A DNA stretch of 63,564 nucleotides, the filler included, from Octopus bimaculoides (taxonomy: Eukaryota), in NCBI RefSeq assembly GCF_001194135.2. It is 6 parts of 6 records of this genome, joined end to end, with 100 filler letters (N's around TTAATTAATTAA, not from the genome) between each part and the next. Parts side by side here need not be neighbours in the genome. Positions count along the whole stretch, not along the records: positions 40,941 to 56,128 come from NC_068989.1; positions 56,229 to 58,438 come from NW_026437778.1; positions 58,539 to 61,475 come from NC_068996.1; positions 61,576 to 63,564 come from NW_026425836.1; 2 more parts are not named here. One strand, written 5' to 3'. Shown here piece after piece: positions 51,801 to 63,564 of this stretch (position 1 is its first letter; each line of letters starts with the position of its first letter). The notes below the pieces were generated by a model. The model had not been told where the DNA came from and searched no databases. It was given only the letters and a program-made list of their open reading frames with translations. The position numbers were made by a program, and so were the translations under genes.

Positions 51801-51940
51801 GCTATTGTCGAGGAACGCATAGTCGAGGAATGCATAGTCGAGGAATGCATAGTCGAGGAATGCATAGTCGAGGAATGCATAGTCGAGGAATGCATAGTCG
51901 AGGAATGCATAGTCGAGGAATGCATAGTCGAGGAATGCAT
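51801..51940. repeat. 15-bp minisatellite (GCATAGTCGAGGAAT)n, ~9 visible units
   Basis: Directly visible, abutting a ~990-N gap. Confidence 0.95.
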
Positions 51941-53483
51941 ACCCCCTTTTGTGAATAATGATCCATAGTTAGTGAAATAGAAACTCTTAGAGGCTCTAGC
52001 TGCGTAACAATAGAATCAAGTCTACTTCAAATTGCACCGTTCCATCTATTGAATAACTATTTGATGCTTTCCGCCATCATACTCGCACACAAACACACAC
52101 GCACGCACGCGCACATACACACACAACGTCGGAGCGTTTTTTTTAAGTGTTTGACCGGCTAGAAATAACAGTCAATTCTCTCTCAAATAAGACCACCTTT
52201 TTTTTTTTTTTTTTAAACTTTTATTCACGAAAATGAGCTGTCACCATGGTTCTTTACAGGAACCGCGAAATTGCTGAGTGGGACGCAGAAATGTATCCTC
52301 AAAATCAGAAACTATGTCCGAAATCTTGCAGCAGAAATGATTTCGATAACGACATCCAAGGTGCCAGGAATCTATCGAGTAATCCATAACGATTTCCCTC
52401 CTATTTACACCCTCAACGATCTTACAGAGGCTTAGTCACACATTACCAATTCATGCACCACTCTCTAAACTACAACGTGGATTCACCTCTTTACCTTGCC
52501 CCTTCACTACATACAAGCCTAACACAGAAAATATAAGATAGCTCTAATAACAAAAATCCTTCCACATATATCACCTAACTACCATCAACATCATCCATTT
52601 ATACACAAAATATTCAACACCACTTGAGAAACAACACAAAATGCTCTCTCCCAAAACTACCTGTAGTTCTGCCAATCCTATGTAATATATTTGAAAGCAC
52701 TTCCGGAACTGTGAATTATCACAGAACTCTGTTCTCCCGCCCATTTTTTTTTTCATCTCATACCATACGATATTCTCACCTCTCCACAAAATATACAGAC
52801 AGCTTCAAACATTGATGAAGATCACACATCCGTCCACTATTCTCCAGATACTACTACCCATGCGATCTTGGTTGGGTTGTATGAATAGGGTAAACAATAA
52901 GATTGTCTCATCCGGAATAATTTTGATTATAGGCCTGCTCGATCAGACCTAACTTGGGTTCAAATAACAGCATCTTATACAGAAAAGGCAAACGAGGGGT
53001 TTGCACTTCTGGTGGAGTAAACAAGTGGGTAAATCAAAACGTAGTCAGCAGAATGGCTTAAACTGGATTTTGGATACCTTTGTATGTAGTAACAATTGCG
53101 ACATCCAAAAGATGTGAGCAATGACTCCGTAGTAAGTCGTATTTTTGGTTTGTAAAGCAGATCTGTTACTGAAACATCGAGGCTAAAGTATTTTCTGGAT
53201 CTGAAGAAGAAATGTTGGTTTCAAATTCTGGTACAAAGCCAGCAATTTTGAGGCAACGGGTAAGACTACTACATCCACTCCAGTGCTCAACTGGTACTTA
53301 TTTCATTGATTCCGAAACAATGAAAGGCTAAGTCGACCTCGGTGAAATTTGAACTCAGAATATAATGACTGATAAAACACCGATGAGGACGATGAGGACG
53401 ATGAGGACGATGAGGACGATGATGATGATGATGATAAGGAGGAGGAGGAGGAGGAGGAGGACGAGGACGACGACGACGATGAC

Positions 53484-53528
<45 letters not shown>

Positions 53529-54172
53529 ACTGATGATGATGATAATAATGATGACGATGGTGATGATGATGATGGTGATGCTGGTGATGAAGGGACGGGG
53601 CAATGATAACGGTAGTGATGTTGGTAGTAGTGACGACGACAACGACGATGGTTATACATTTTACGAAAATGTATTTAATGGTATCGCAAGTGAGATGGTG
53701 TTTCTATTGTTATAGGATCATATAAAGAAGTAACAAGAAAAAAAAGCAGTTGAGATTGTTCGCTAATACCAACATGCTTACATCACCAACTACAAGCAAC
53801 AACAATATCAGCAATAATAATAAGCACAACAACATCAAAAACAAAAAAAAATACAGCAACATCATGAGAAACAACAAACAACAGCATCCAGTTCAACTAA
53901 ACAATGTATTAGAAACCACACAAGGTCACACAAGTCATTACGTCATAAAGATCTCTGTACTATTTGCTGTATCATAGACTGGAGAAACTTATCTCTAATT
54001 CGGTCATAAGGAATAGTCAGAGCCTAGACTAGCATCTGAGGCAATGAGAGAAAAGTTAAATATACACACACAAACACAAGCACACAGATGCACGCGCACG
54101 CCGTCTAGTTGCACACTCGTACAGACGTATACACATGTACGTATGTACGTACATATATATGTGTCTGAGTGA

Positions 54173-54228
<56 letters not shown>

Positions 54229-55407
54229 NNNNNNNNNNNNNNNNNNNNNNNNNNNNNNNNNNNNNNNNNNNNNNNNNNNNNNNNNNNNNNNNNNNNNNNN
54301 NNNNNNNNNNNNNNNNNNNNNNNNNNNNNNNNNNNNNNNNNNNNNNNNNNNNNNNNNNNNNNNNNNNNNNNNNNNNNNNNNNNNNNNNNNNNNNNNNNNN
54401 NNNNNNNNNNNNNNNNNNNNNNNNNNNNNNNNNNNNNNNNNNNNNNNNNNNNNNNNNNNNNNNNNNNNNNNNNNNNNNNNNNNNNNNNNNNTAATTATTG
54501 CGGCTTTTTTCTTAATGATCTGAGAATAAACAAAAATTAACTAAAATTAACTAGAAAAAAAATAGATTCCAAAATGATTCAAAGATAAAAAAATTTAAAA
54601 AAAGATTCCAAAATTTAAAAACGCAATAAATTCCAAAATTCAAAAACCGGCTGGAACTTAGTTGCCAAACCAATATATATATATGTAAATTTTGTACGAC
54701 TCTCTTATTCTTTCATTCTTTCATTCTTTCATTCTTTCTTTCTTTCTTTCAGCCCCTTCACACTTACTTCGTTCTTTCCACTCTTCTTTCTTTCGCTTCC
54801 CTTCTCTCACTTTTCCCGTCCTTCCTTTCATTCTCACCTTCCCTCCTCTTTCACTTCATTCTATCCATTTTCTTTTTTCTCGTCCCTCCCTCATTCTTCT
54901 ATCCCTCTATCTCTACCTCTCTCCTCACCTTCCACGTGACCGGTGTTCGGCCAAGTCTGTTCTTTCTTTCTTAGTTCGACTACCACCCGTGGAACATCTA
55001 TATTCCTGTCATCATCATGCCTGTCATCTTTTATGACCATGCCGTAAAGCTTCACTCCCACACACGCCAGTTTAATTTAATTCGTCCTAGTCGAAAGACA
55101 CCTGTTGTTAATGTCCTGTTGTTTGCATTTGTATTTGTGTACCATTTCTCCGATTTTTTCGTCCTTGTTTTTGTATACTTTCGCTGCTTTCTTCCAAGGG
55201 ATCTAGTGCTCTTAGCTTAGATTTTCCTTGGGGCTGGCCAGATTGGAGCAGTCTCGAGTATAACCAGCCGAAACTGCAAAGATAATTTGGAACTCGACTG
55301 ACGAAAGAAAACTCCGAATGACATGTCCTTGTTTTTTCATGTCCCTTTTTGAATCATCTGTTTGGATCTCTTGTCGCCTGTTGCGTTCTTGTCCCATTTT
55401 TTGTATT

Positions 55408-55443
<36 letters not shown>

Positions 55444-56096
55444 AACATACATATATATATTTGTGAAGGAGGACAACAAACGTCGAAGCATAACAAGAAC
55501 CTCAAGTCATATACATTATTTTATATTATTCTTAGATTAGATGAGGTCTTACAGCTGTTTCTGGGATATCCCAAGTGATAGGCGAGCTTAGAAGCCTGAT
55601 AATCCGTTACAGTACTTACCCAGCCTACCTATTCGTTTAGATCACCAGTGAACTAAACCCCCATATTCTGTACAAGTATGTATAATAATTGTTCTATCGT
55701 CTTGGCTCAACAGACCTCACCGTTTGTTTTTACTGTCTTGTTCACACTGTCCTGTTCTTGTTAACACTTTCACCCTCCGCAAACATCCCAAATTTTATTT
55801 AATTTGCTTTGCGGGAAGGACTGTTCCAGCGAAGTCGCGTATTGTCCTTGCCTTCGAAACGCGGAGTAGATGGAACAAGGACAACTGACGAAGGGATATA
55901 CTCTTTATGTTGCATGTCTCGTTTCTCTGTTTTGTTTTGTTTTGATTTTTCGTTGTTCGAAAAAAGTTCGTTTTCTGTTTTCGTTTTTATGTTTTCGTTT
56001 CTCATTGTGTTTAACGCTTTTTTGATGTCCTGTACCTATATATGCATGTATGTATACATATAGTTGTAGGTATGTACATATATGTATGGATATATG

Positions 56097-56128
<32 letters not shown>

Positions 56129-56229
56129 NNNNNNNNNNNNNNNNNNNNNNNNNNNNNNNNNNNNNNNNNNNNTTAATTAATTAANNNNNNNNNNNNNNNN
56201 NNNNNNNNNNNNNNNNNNNNNNNNNNNNG

Positions 56230-57280
56230 ATTAAGGAAGACAAAGTTGACATAATAGGAAGAATTTCTCTGGGACATGGTAATGTCACCGTTGCTGCAAC
56301 TCCTGTTAATTTTGTAGTCGCAGACAGAAGAAAAAATAAACTNNNNNNNNNNTTTTCATTCCCTAACTGGCGAAAAACATTTTGAAAAATGCCTTTCATT
56401 CTTTGGCTACCCTCATCATATCTACTCTGACAATATTTATTTTTATGTCCTATTCCAGNNNNNNNNNNCCCTCATCATATCTACTCTGACAATATTTATT
56501 TTTATGTCCTATTCCAGAGAGAGTCTAATGTGATATGTTACGATGTATACGGAGGAATTAAATGGCAGTGGAAACTACCTTTCCCTGTTCACTGTCACAT
56601 TGCTGTTTTCCAAGGAACTGTTTATGTACCGGACGTTGAACTCAACAGGATTCTTCTTTATAAGTATCATGGCTGGTCTGGCTGTTCTTTGCATACCGAA
56701 AATCCACACATGAAAAATCTGAATATACGACTCAAAGAAAAGGAGAATGACAAAGTTCTCATTGGCGAAATATGTCATCTGGCAAATGGACAGTTGGTGG
56801 TGTCTGACATCAGCCATGATTGCTTGTTATACATTTCTAATGAAGGAGACATTGTGTNNNNNNNNNNNNNNNNNNNNNNNNNNNNNNNNNNNNNNNNNNN
56901 NNNNNNNNNNNNNNNNNNNTTACCCCTACAGAAACAATTAAGGGTCATTGGAAACCTATCAAAGACAGTAAGAAGTGTATCATTAAGCCAGCCTTATGTA
57001 CGGGTGTGTAAGCTGGCTAAAGGTGAAATTGTTTGCTATTGTGATAATNNNNNNNNNNACGGGTGTGTAAGCTGGCTAAAGGTGAAATTGTTTGCTATTG
57101 TGATAATCCATCTCATTTAGATATTTTAGCCATTAAAAATCATAACCAAGTTGAAATGATTTGTAGAATTAACATCCCTATTGTAGTGAAATCATTAGCA
57201 ATAGAAAATGAAACATTAAAGCTATTAATTGTTACTAGGAATAAAGTATTTCAGTACAACACTAGTATTAGTGGTGATGA

Positions 57281-57315
<35 letters not shown>

Positions 57316-58438
57316 NNNNNNNNNNNNNNNNNNNNNNNNNNNNNNNNNNNNNNNNNNNNNNNNNNNNNNNNNNNNNNNNNNNNNNNNNNNNNNNNNNNNN
57401 NNNNNNNNNNNNNNNNNNNNNNNNNNNNNNNNNNNNNNNNNNNNNNNNNNNNNNNNNNNNNNNNNNNNNNNNNNNNNAACATGACTTAGTGGTCATTGAT
57501 CATGTTACAAATAACGAAGTTAATATGTATATCGACCTGGTAGATGTATTTTCCAGAAACATCTGTGTAAGTGAAATGTTGTCTTCAACATTATATGTAC
57601 AGGATCTGACAGTTTCTGATAAAGCTAGACATGATGTTGTGCCTCCAGGTTTTCGAGACAAACAACCAGTGACAATTTATTTTTTGGTTATTACTGAAAA
57701 TAACCTGATTGCTGGATACGACATTAATAATAACAACTTTAAGATATTAACATTTGATTGTCAACATCTTGACTCTGTCAAACTGATTATTGCTCAATAT
57801 ATCAAAATTTGTCGATGGCAGTTATTACAACAGGTGATCAATTGTTGACATTAAAAGTGGAATTTCCATTGTCGTTGCTAGTTTATCAGATGAGATATAA
57901 ATATAAATGCATCGCTTCTTTGTCAAACAATCAGCTGGTTTGTAGTAGATGGAAAGATGAATGTAGTCTGTATGTCCTTTATATTGATGAAATATATTCG
58001 ACTGTGACCGAAATAAAACACATAGACGTACCTGAAACATTAATAACAAGAAACACAGTTGGTGATATTAATGATCTCATCCGTGATATTACAGTTACTG
58101 TTAATGATGAGATCATTGTCAGCAATAGAAAGTTCATCATTTTCTTCAGAAGTGATGGTCGGTATTTACATTCAATTAGACACTACATGAAATATATCAG
58201 TATTTGTCAGAAGACGACAATTGCCGACAGTTATATGTACATTCATGGTGGGTGGGAAAGATATTCAAGTGACTACAGAGAATACAAAAACGTCGTGTGT
58301 TTGACACAGGCTGGTGATTACAACGGAATATTTTTAAATGAGAGAATTTATAAAGATGAATTATATTTCTCCACTATAAACTGTAAAGGACCAAGGTTCG
58401 TTGGAAGCCGTTGGAATAGTAACGAATTGTATGTTGAA
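56230..58438 (+). CDS. Partial long exon encoding tandem NHL-like beta-propeller repeats; one apparent frameshift (~57770), both ends lost in gaps
   Basis: After collapsing the two duplicated gap flanks the frame runs IKEDKVDIIGRISL...NGQLVVSDISHDCLLYISNEG... to 57770, then continues in another frame ...IRDITVTVNDEIIVSNRKFIIFFRSDGRYLHSI. Repeated hydrophobic beta-strand blades are the basis for the fold call (inference). Confidence 0.65.
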
Positions 58439-58538
58439 NNNNNNNNNNNNNNNNNNNNNNNNNNNNNNNNNNNNNNNNNNNNTTAATTAATTAANNNNNN
58501 NNNNNNNNNNNNNNNNNNNNNNNNNNNNNNNNNNNNNN

Positions 58539-58584
58539 TAATTCTACGCATGCGTAAGACTACGCATGCGCAGGCGTTACTACA
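58539..58584 (-). mobile_element. Terminal fragment of LTR family B
   Basis: Reverse complement TGTAGTAACGCCTGCGCATGCGTAGTCTTACGCATGCGTAGAATT matches the LTR start at 2063. Confidence 0.85.
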
Positions 58585-58871
58585 ACTTTATGGCATATCA
58601 TCAGATCCCAAAAACCTGTTGGCCCAAGACCACTTAGAAACGTGGAGGAGGAAATGCCTCACGACTCAAAGGTAACAATTGGGGATTATCTCTCTTTGCT
58701 ATTGGCTATCGACTTCCAGCTGTGCCACCATCAGGGGCCCACAAGATGGTGACACGGCGGGAAGTTGATAGCCAATTGTTACCTTTGAGTAGTGAGGCAT
58801 TTCCTCCTCCACGTTTCTAAGAGGTCTTGGGCCAACAGGTTTTTGGGATCTGACAATATGCCATTAAAGTT
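58584..58871. mobile_element. 288-bp foldback element (almost entirely palindromic)
   Basis: Arms of ~125 bp with few mismatches, 12-nt loop (58733-58744), 23-nt extra segment in the left arm. Confidence 0.85.
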
Positions 58872-58961
58872 AAACCTTTTATGGATGGGAAACCTAAGCT
58901 AATTCCATAAACTAGCCTTCCCCATTTTTAATGCATGTGCGTGCGTGCGTGCATGCGTGCG

Positions 58962-60256
58962 TACAAGGAGGTATCAGAAAGTTCCCGGACTAGTTATGTT
59001 TATTAAAACATCACTTATTTACCTAAGTTTTAACATAATCTTCTTCGAAATAATCACCTTGTGAAACAATACACCAATCCTAGTGTTCCTGTCACTTTTG
59101 GAATGCAGTCTGGAAGTCGTTTTCTGTAAGTGATTTGAAGATCATCTGCAAGCCGCTCTGAATCTCAACAATGGAGTTAAAACGGCGACCTTTGAACTTC
59201 ATTTTGATCTTGGAGAAGAGATGGAAGTCTGCAGGTGCTAAATCTGGTGAATAGGGCAGGTGCAAAAGCAGTACCATGTTGTTTTTAGCGAGAAACACAT
59301 GAGTGAGGAGAACTCAGTGACTGGGTGCATTGTCATCATGAAGAATCTAATTCTTCATGCTCCACATATCTGGTCACTTTTGTTGAATGTCCTTCCTCAA
59401 ATGCTTCAAAATGTAGAACTTTCAATTAACAGTCTTGCCCCGGGGGATGAATACTCAATGCACAATACTGCAGATGTGGAAAAATTTATGAGCATGGTCT
59501 TCATTGAGCTGTGGCTCTGTCGTGCCTTCTTTGGTTGTAGAGAAGAAGGCCTCTTCCATTGTGATGACTGCTGCTTTGTCTCAGGGTCATACCGGCAGAT
59601 CCAACTTTTATCACTGGTGATGATCCTTAACATGAAGGATGAGTCAACAGCAGCACACTGACAGAGGTCTTAACAGACTTTGATACAATGTTCTTTCTGC
59701 TCGTGGTCAGCAGACAGGGAAGAAACTTGGCAGAGACACACTGCATGTTCAATTCAGATGTCAGGATTGCCTGCATGAATGCATACAACAGACTAATAAC
59801 ACCAGCAATGCTGGTGATTGTCCTCTGAAGATCCTCATGCACAAGCTGATGAATTTTCTCCACATTTCTGGGGGTGATGCTCGTGGAAGGTCTTCGAGAT
59901 TGCTCACCGTCCTCCAGGGATATTCTTCCACTTTTGAAGCAGCTGTGCCACTTGAAACATTGTGTACATTGCCTCATCACTGTAAACTTGCTGAAGCATG
60001 CTCAATGTCTCTGTAGCAGACTTCCCAAGTTTAATGCAAAATTTTACGTTGGCTGTTTGTTCCAACTTCCTGTTTATGGCAAAAATCTCAAACTACAGCA
60101 TAAATGTGATTACAAAACACAAATTTCACAACTTGTAATGTCACTCAGCACACTCCCTCATGAAGGTCACTGCTAGCTCTCACTACACACACAACCATGT
60201 GCTGCCATCTGTTGGCATCATGCTACAGAACTAGTCCAGGAACTTTTTGATACCAC

Positions 60257-60262
<6 letters not shown>
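58962..60262 (-). mobile_element. Full-length (~1.3 kb) mariner element with disrupted DD34D transposase
   Basis: ~30-bp TIRs (TACAAGGAGGTATCAGAAAGTTCCCGGACTAGTT / reverse complement TATGAAGTGGTATCAAAAAGTTCCTGGACTAGTT), TA ends; AKFLPCLL, IITSDKSW, LPYSPDLAPADFHLF. Confidence 0.93.
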
Positions 60263-60324
<62 letters not shown>

Positions 60325-61153
60325 TACATATATACAACTAAATTTACATACAAACATATATATACATATATATATATATATACATATACATACATATATG
60401 CATATACATACATGCATGCATGCATGCATGCAGACATACATACATACATACATACACACATACACATACATACATACATACATACATACATACATACATC
60501 CTTTATATATATACAGTTCAGTATTTAATGTTGAAAAAATATATACATATCTTTCTACTTGTTCTACAAAACCTTTCAATGCTTCAAAAACAAACTCATA
60601 TTTAGAAATAATACATTTCTAAATCTCTCAGAGATATTTATGCAGTAGTGATACATCTCCCCCCTTGTAAACATAAGGACACAGGAAATGTGACAAGGCC
60701 GACAGGAAGCAGTGCAGCTTCCTACGTCTGAATAACAGTAGCATTATTCCCTTCATGGGACTGTCACATTAAGTTGACAACATACAACTACTTCAAACTC
60801 GTATTTGTTTACATATGACGTAATATATATATATGTATCAATCAATCAACTTCCAATATGATTGAACAACAAAATCACAGTATGGATTGTATTATTCATC
60901 CTTTTGATCACCAAATACAAAACGTGGTTCATAAGACTTCTGTTTAGGTGATTTTCCTGGCTCACCACCACATCCTTGTATGCCAATCCAACACATTTAC
61001 AGCTGAATGGACTGAAGAAACGTGAAGTGAAGTGTTCTGCTCAAGAACACAATACACAGCTGGTCTGGAAATGAAGGCCACAATCTCATGATCTTGAGTA
61101 CAACACATTAACCAGTAAGTCACTATCCTTCACTTATTTACATAGATACATAT

Positions 61154-61221
<68 letters not shown>

Positions 61222-61711
61222 TGAAAAAAAAGTCGTCAGAATTTTGGAATAACTTCTTTCATTTATTTTATACATATATTAGTGCTTTGCTTTCATTTGT
61301 CTTTCGAACTTGTCAAATATAATTCTGTGAAAATACAGAGATCTTGCTTATTTATATAAAACAGGTGTTTTGGGGGGTTTTGTTTATAACAGAACATTAT
61401 TTTGTTTTTTTGTTTTTTTGGGGTGAGGCTTTGGAGACAATGGAAGATGTATAAGCAGATAGATAGATAGACAGGNNNNNNNNNNNNNNNNNNNNNNNNN
61501 NNNNNNNNNNNNNNNNNNNTTAATTAATTAANNNNNNNNNNNNNNNNNNNNNNNNNNNNNNNNNNNNNNNNNNNNACACATATACACACACACACAATGC
61601 ACGCACACACACACACACACACACACATATATACTCATACATGAACATGCACATATAGACATACACACACTCACGCATACACAACCACACACACACACAT
61701 GCATGCACAAC

Positions 61712-61752
<41 letters not shown>

Positions 61753-61993
61753 CCTGCACGTCCCTTAAACGTTCTCCCCTTCCTCGCAGACACATGACAG
61801 CTATTGCGCCACAGATTGAAATTCGCAATCGATTCGTTGCCACGGCAACGTGTATGTAAGTCGAGTCACCTGGAAACCGTTTCTAAGGTGACTGGACTCA
61901 CAGCAAAATTACGTTTTCGACATATACGCATGCGCGCACACACACACACACACATACACACACACATTCATAGAATATACATATATATATACG

Positions 61994-62379
61994 CTTTTAT
62001 CCTGTTACTTGTTTTAGTCATTTCCTTGTGGCTATGCTGGAGCATTGCCTTAAAGGGGTTTTTTTTATCAACGAAATCAACCCAAGGACTTATTCTTTGT
62101 AAGCCTAGATCTTATTTTGTCGGTCTCTTTTGCCAAACCACTACGTTACGGGGATGTAACACTAGTTGTCGAACAATGGTGAAGGACAAACACAGACACA
62201 AAGACACACACACATATACAATGGGCTTCTTTCTGTTTCCGTCTACCAAATCCACTCACAAGGCTTTGGTTGGCCCAAGGCTATAGTAGAAGACACTTGC
62301 CCAAGGTGCCACACAGTGGGACTGAACCCGGAACCATGAGGTTGGGATGCAAGATTCTTACCACACAACCACTGCTGCA

Positions 62380-62382
<3 letters not shown>
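61994..62382 (-). mobile_element. Full-length SINE
   Basis: Reverse complement of the 31618/49372 family. Confidence 0.8.
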
Positions 62383-62447
<65 letters not shown>

Positions 62448-62927
62448 CCTTGTTGTGGTTGCTTGTCTCACTAGAAATAGCAGCTATGTCTAGTTAAAAC
62501 CAAAGCCTACAGCTTTAAATTTAGAAGGTCATATTAGGTCATGTAATCTGAGATATGCTAAATTTGCAAAACAGCAGATTCAGACAGGATGGTCATGGCT
62601 GAAATGCTCGTCGGTCATTGGTCATTTGTTTGCTGGATCTGGGCTGACCTGAGGCTAAAGAACAATGACACATTCCTATTGTGTACAGACACAAGGACAT
62701 ATTCATACATTCGGTTGGTGGTGGTGATGATGGTGATGGTGATGGTGATGATGATGAGGAGGAGGAAGATGATCATGATGGCAATGATGATGATGATGAT
62801 GGAGACAATGAGGATGTTGGTGATGATGATGATGATGGTGATTGTTAAGAATGTAATGCAAGTCAATATCAACGAATTAGTAATCATTAACATGACGTGG
62901 CTAACGATAATAATAATAATGATGATG

Positions 62928-62959
<32 letters not shown>

Positions 62960-63524
62960 CCATGATGGTGTGGCAAGAACGATCCATTGGGAGCTGTGTA
63001 GAAAGCACAGCCTACGAAGAGCAAGGACATGGCATGAGCAAAGCGCAGAAGGGGTCACCGAGAATGACGATTGCAAAAGTCTTGTGGGATGCAATGATTC
63101 GGTGTGATCACCTGACCAGACTTTGGAAACTGGACATTGTTGGGGTGAGTAAAAAGGATAATCGACAGAGGATGCCCCGGTGACAACAGGATCAATGTGG
63201 AAGAAGAAGAAGAAGAAGAAATAAACAACTTTGACGATTTGAAGTGGGAAATGCGAAGGTTGTGGTCAATGAAGTGAGTAGACGTGATACGAATAGTAAT
63301 TGGTGCTCTTGGAAGTGGTCACTACTCAACTACCAACATGGCTGGAAAAGATTGGTGCAAGTGTGAAGGGAGAACATTTACCAAAAGTCAGCATTGCTTG
63401 GAACTGCAAAAATTCTTGGCAGGGTTCTTGAAGCATGACCAGTAAACAAGTGTTGCCTCAGTCTGTTGGCTGTGGGCATCTGACACTTTCCATCATACCC
63501 AGCAAAATAAGCTGAGTTTTCATG
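62960..63524 (+). mobile_element. 5'-truncated R4/Dong-like (RLE) non-LTR element in (TAA)n
   Basis: HDGVARTIHWELCRKH...EGVTEND.CKVLWD...KLDIV (PD-(D/E)XK region), IVIGALGS, ILGRVLEA*. (AAT)n on both sides. Confidence 0.85.
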
Positions 63525-63564
63525 TAATAATAACAATAATGATAATAATATTTACAGATGTATA

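Noticed and set aside
51801-51940. CRISPR-like array
   Set aside because: Head-to-tail 15-mers without spacers, in a eukaryotic context.
52200-52860. Possible further PLE relic (HKIFN-like)
   Set aside because: Only one weak motif, with no RT or GIY-YIG signature.
56409-57108. Exact ~50-bp direct repeats either side of 10-N gaps (56409-56518, 56999-57108)
   Set aside because: Unmerged contig overlaps, not biological duplications; collapsing them restores the ORF.

Overview
Repeat-dominated, AT-rich animal DNA, most likely a coleoid cephalopod (Octopus-like; inferred from the SINE families and microsatellite load). The window is stitched from several scaffolds: five 100-bp gaps contain an artificial TTAATTAATTAA spacer. 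It holds decayed mobile elements: a Helitron helicase split by a solo LTR, a chimeric Gypsy element, three Naiad-type and one Neptune-type Penelope-like elements (PLEs), RTE, CR1/L2-like and R4/Dong LINEs, two mariners, hAT and Mutator-type MITEs, and many tRNA-derived SINEs. One probable host gene fragment is present, a long multi-beta-propeller ORF at 56.2-58.4 kb. The most interesting signal is a set of minimal hammerhead ribozyme (HHR) motifs (8251-8321, 8622-8664, 46161-46207, plus relics). Two unrelated ones sit in the loop of a 150-160-bp inverted-repeat cassette. Also notable are a candidate recursive splice site (21006-21028), an octamer/CCAAT-bearing MITE and a 288-bp near-perfect foldback. 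Family assignments come from motif recognition by eye; no searches were run.
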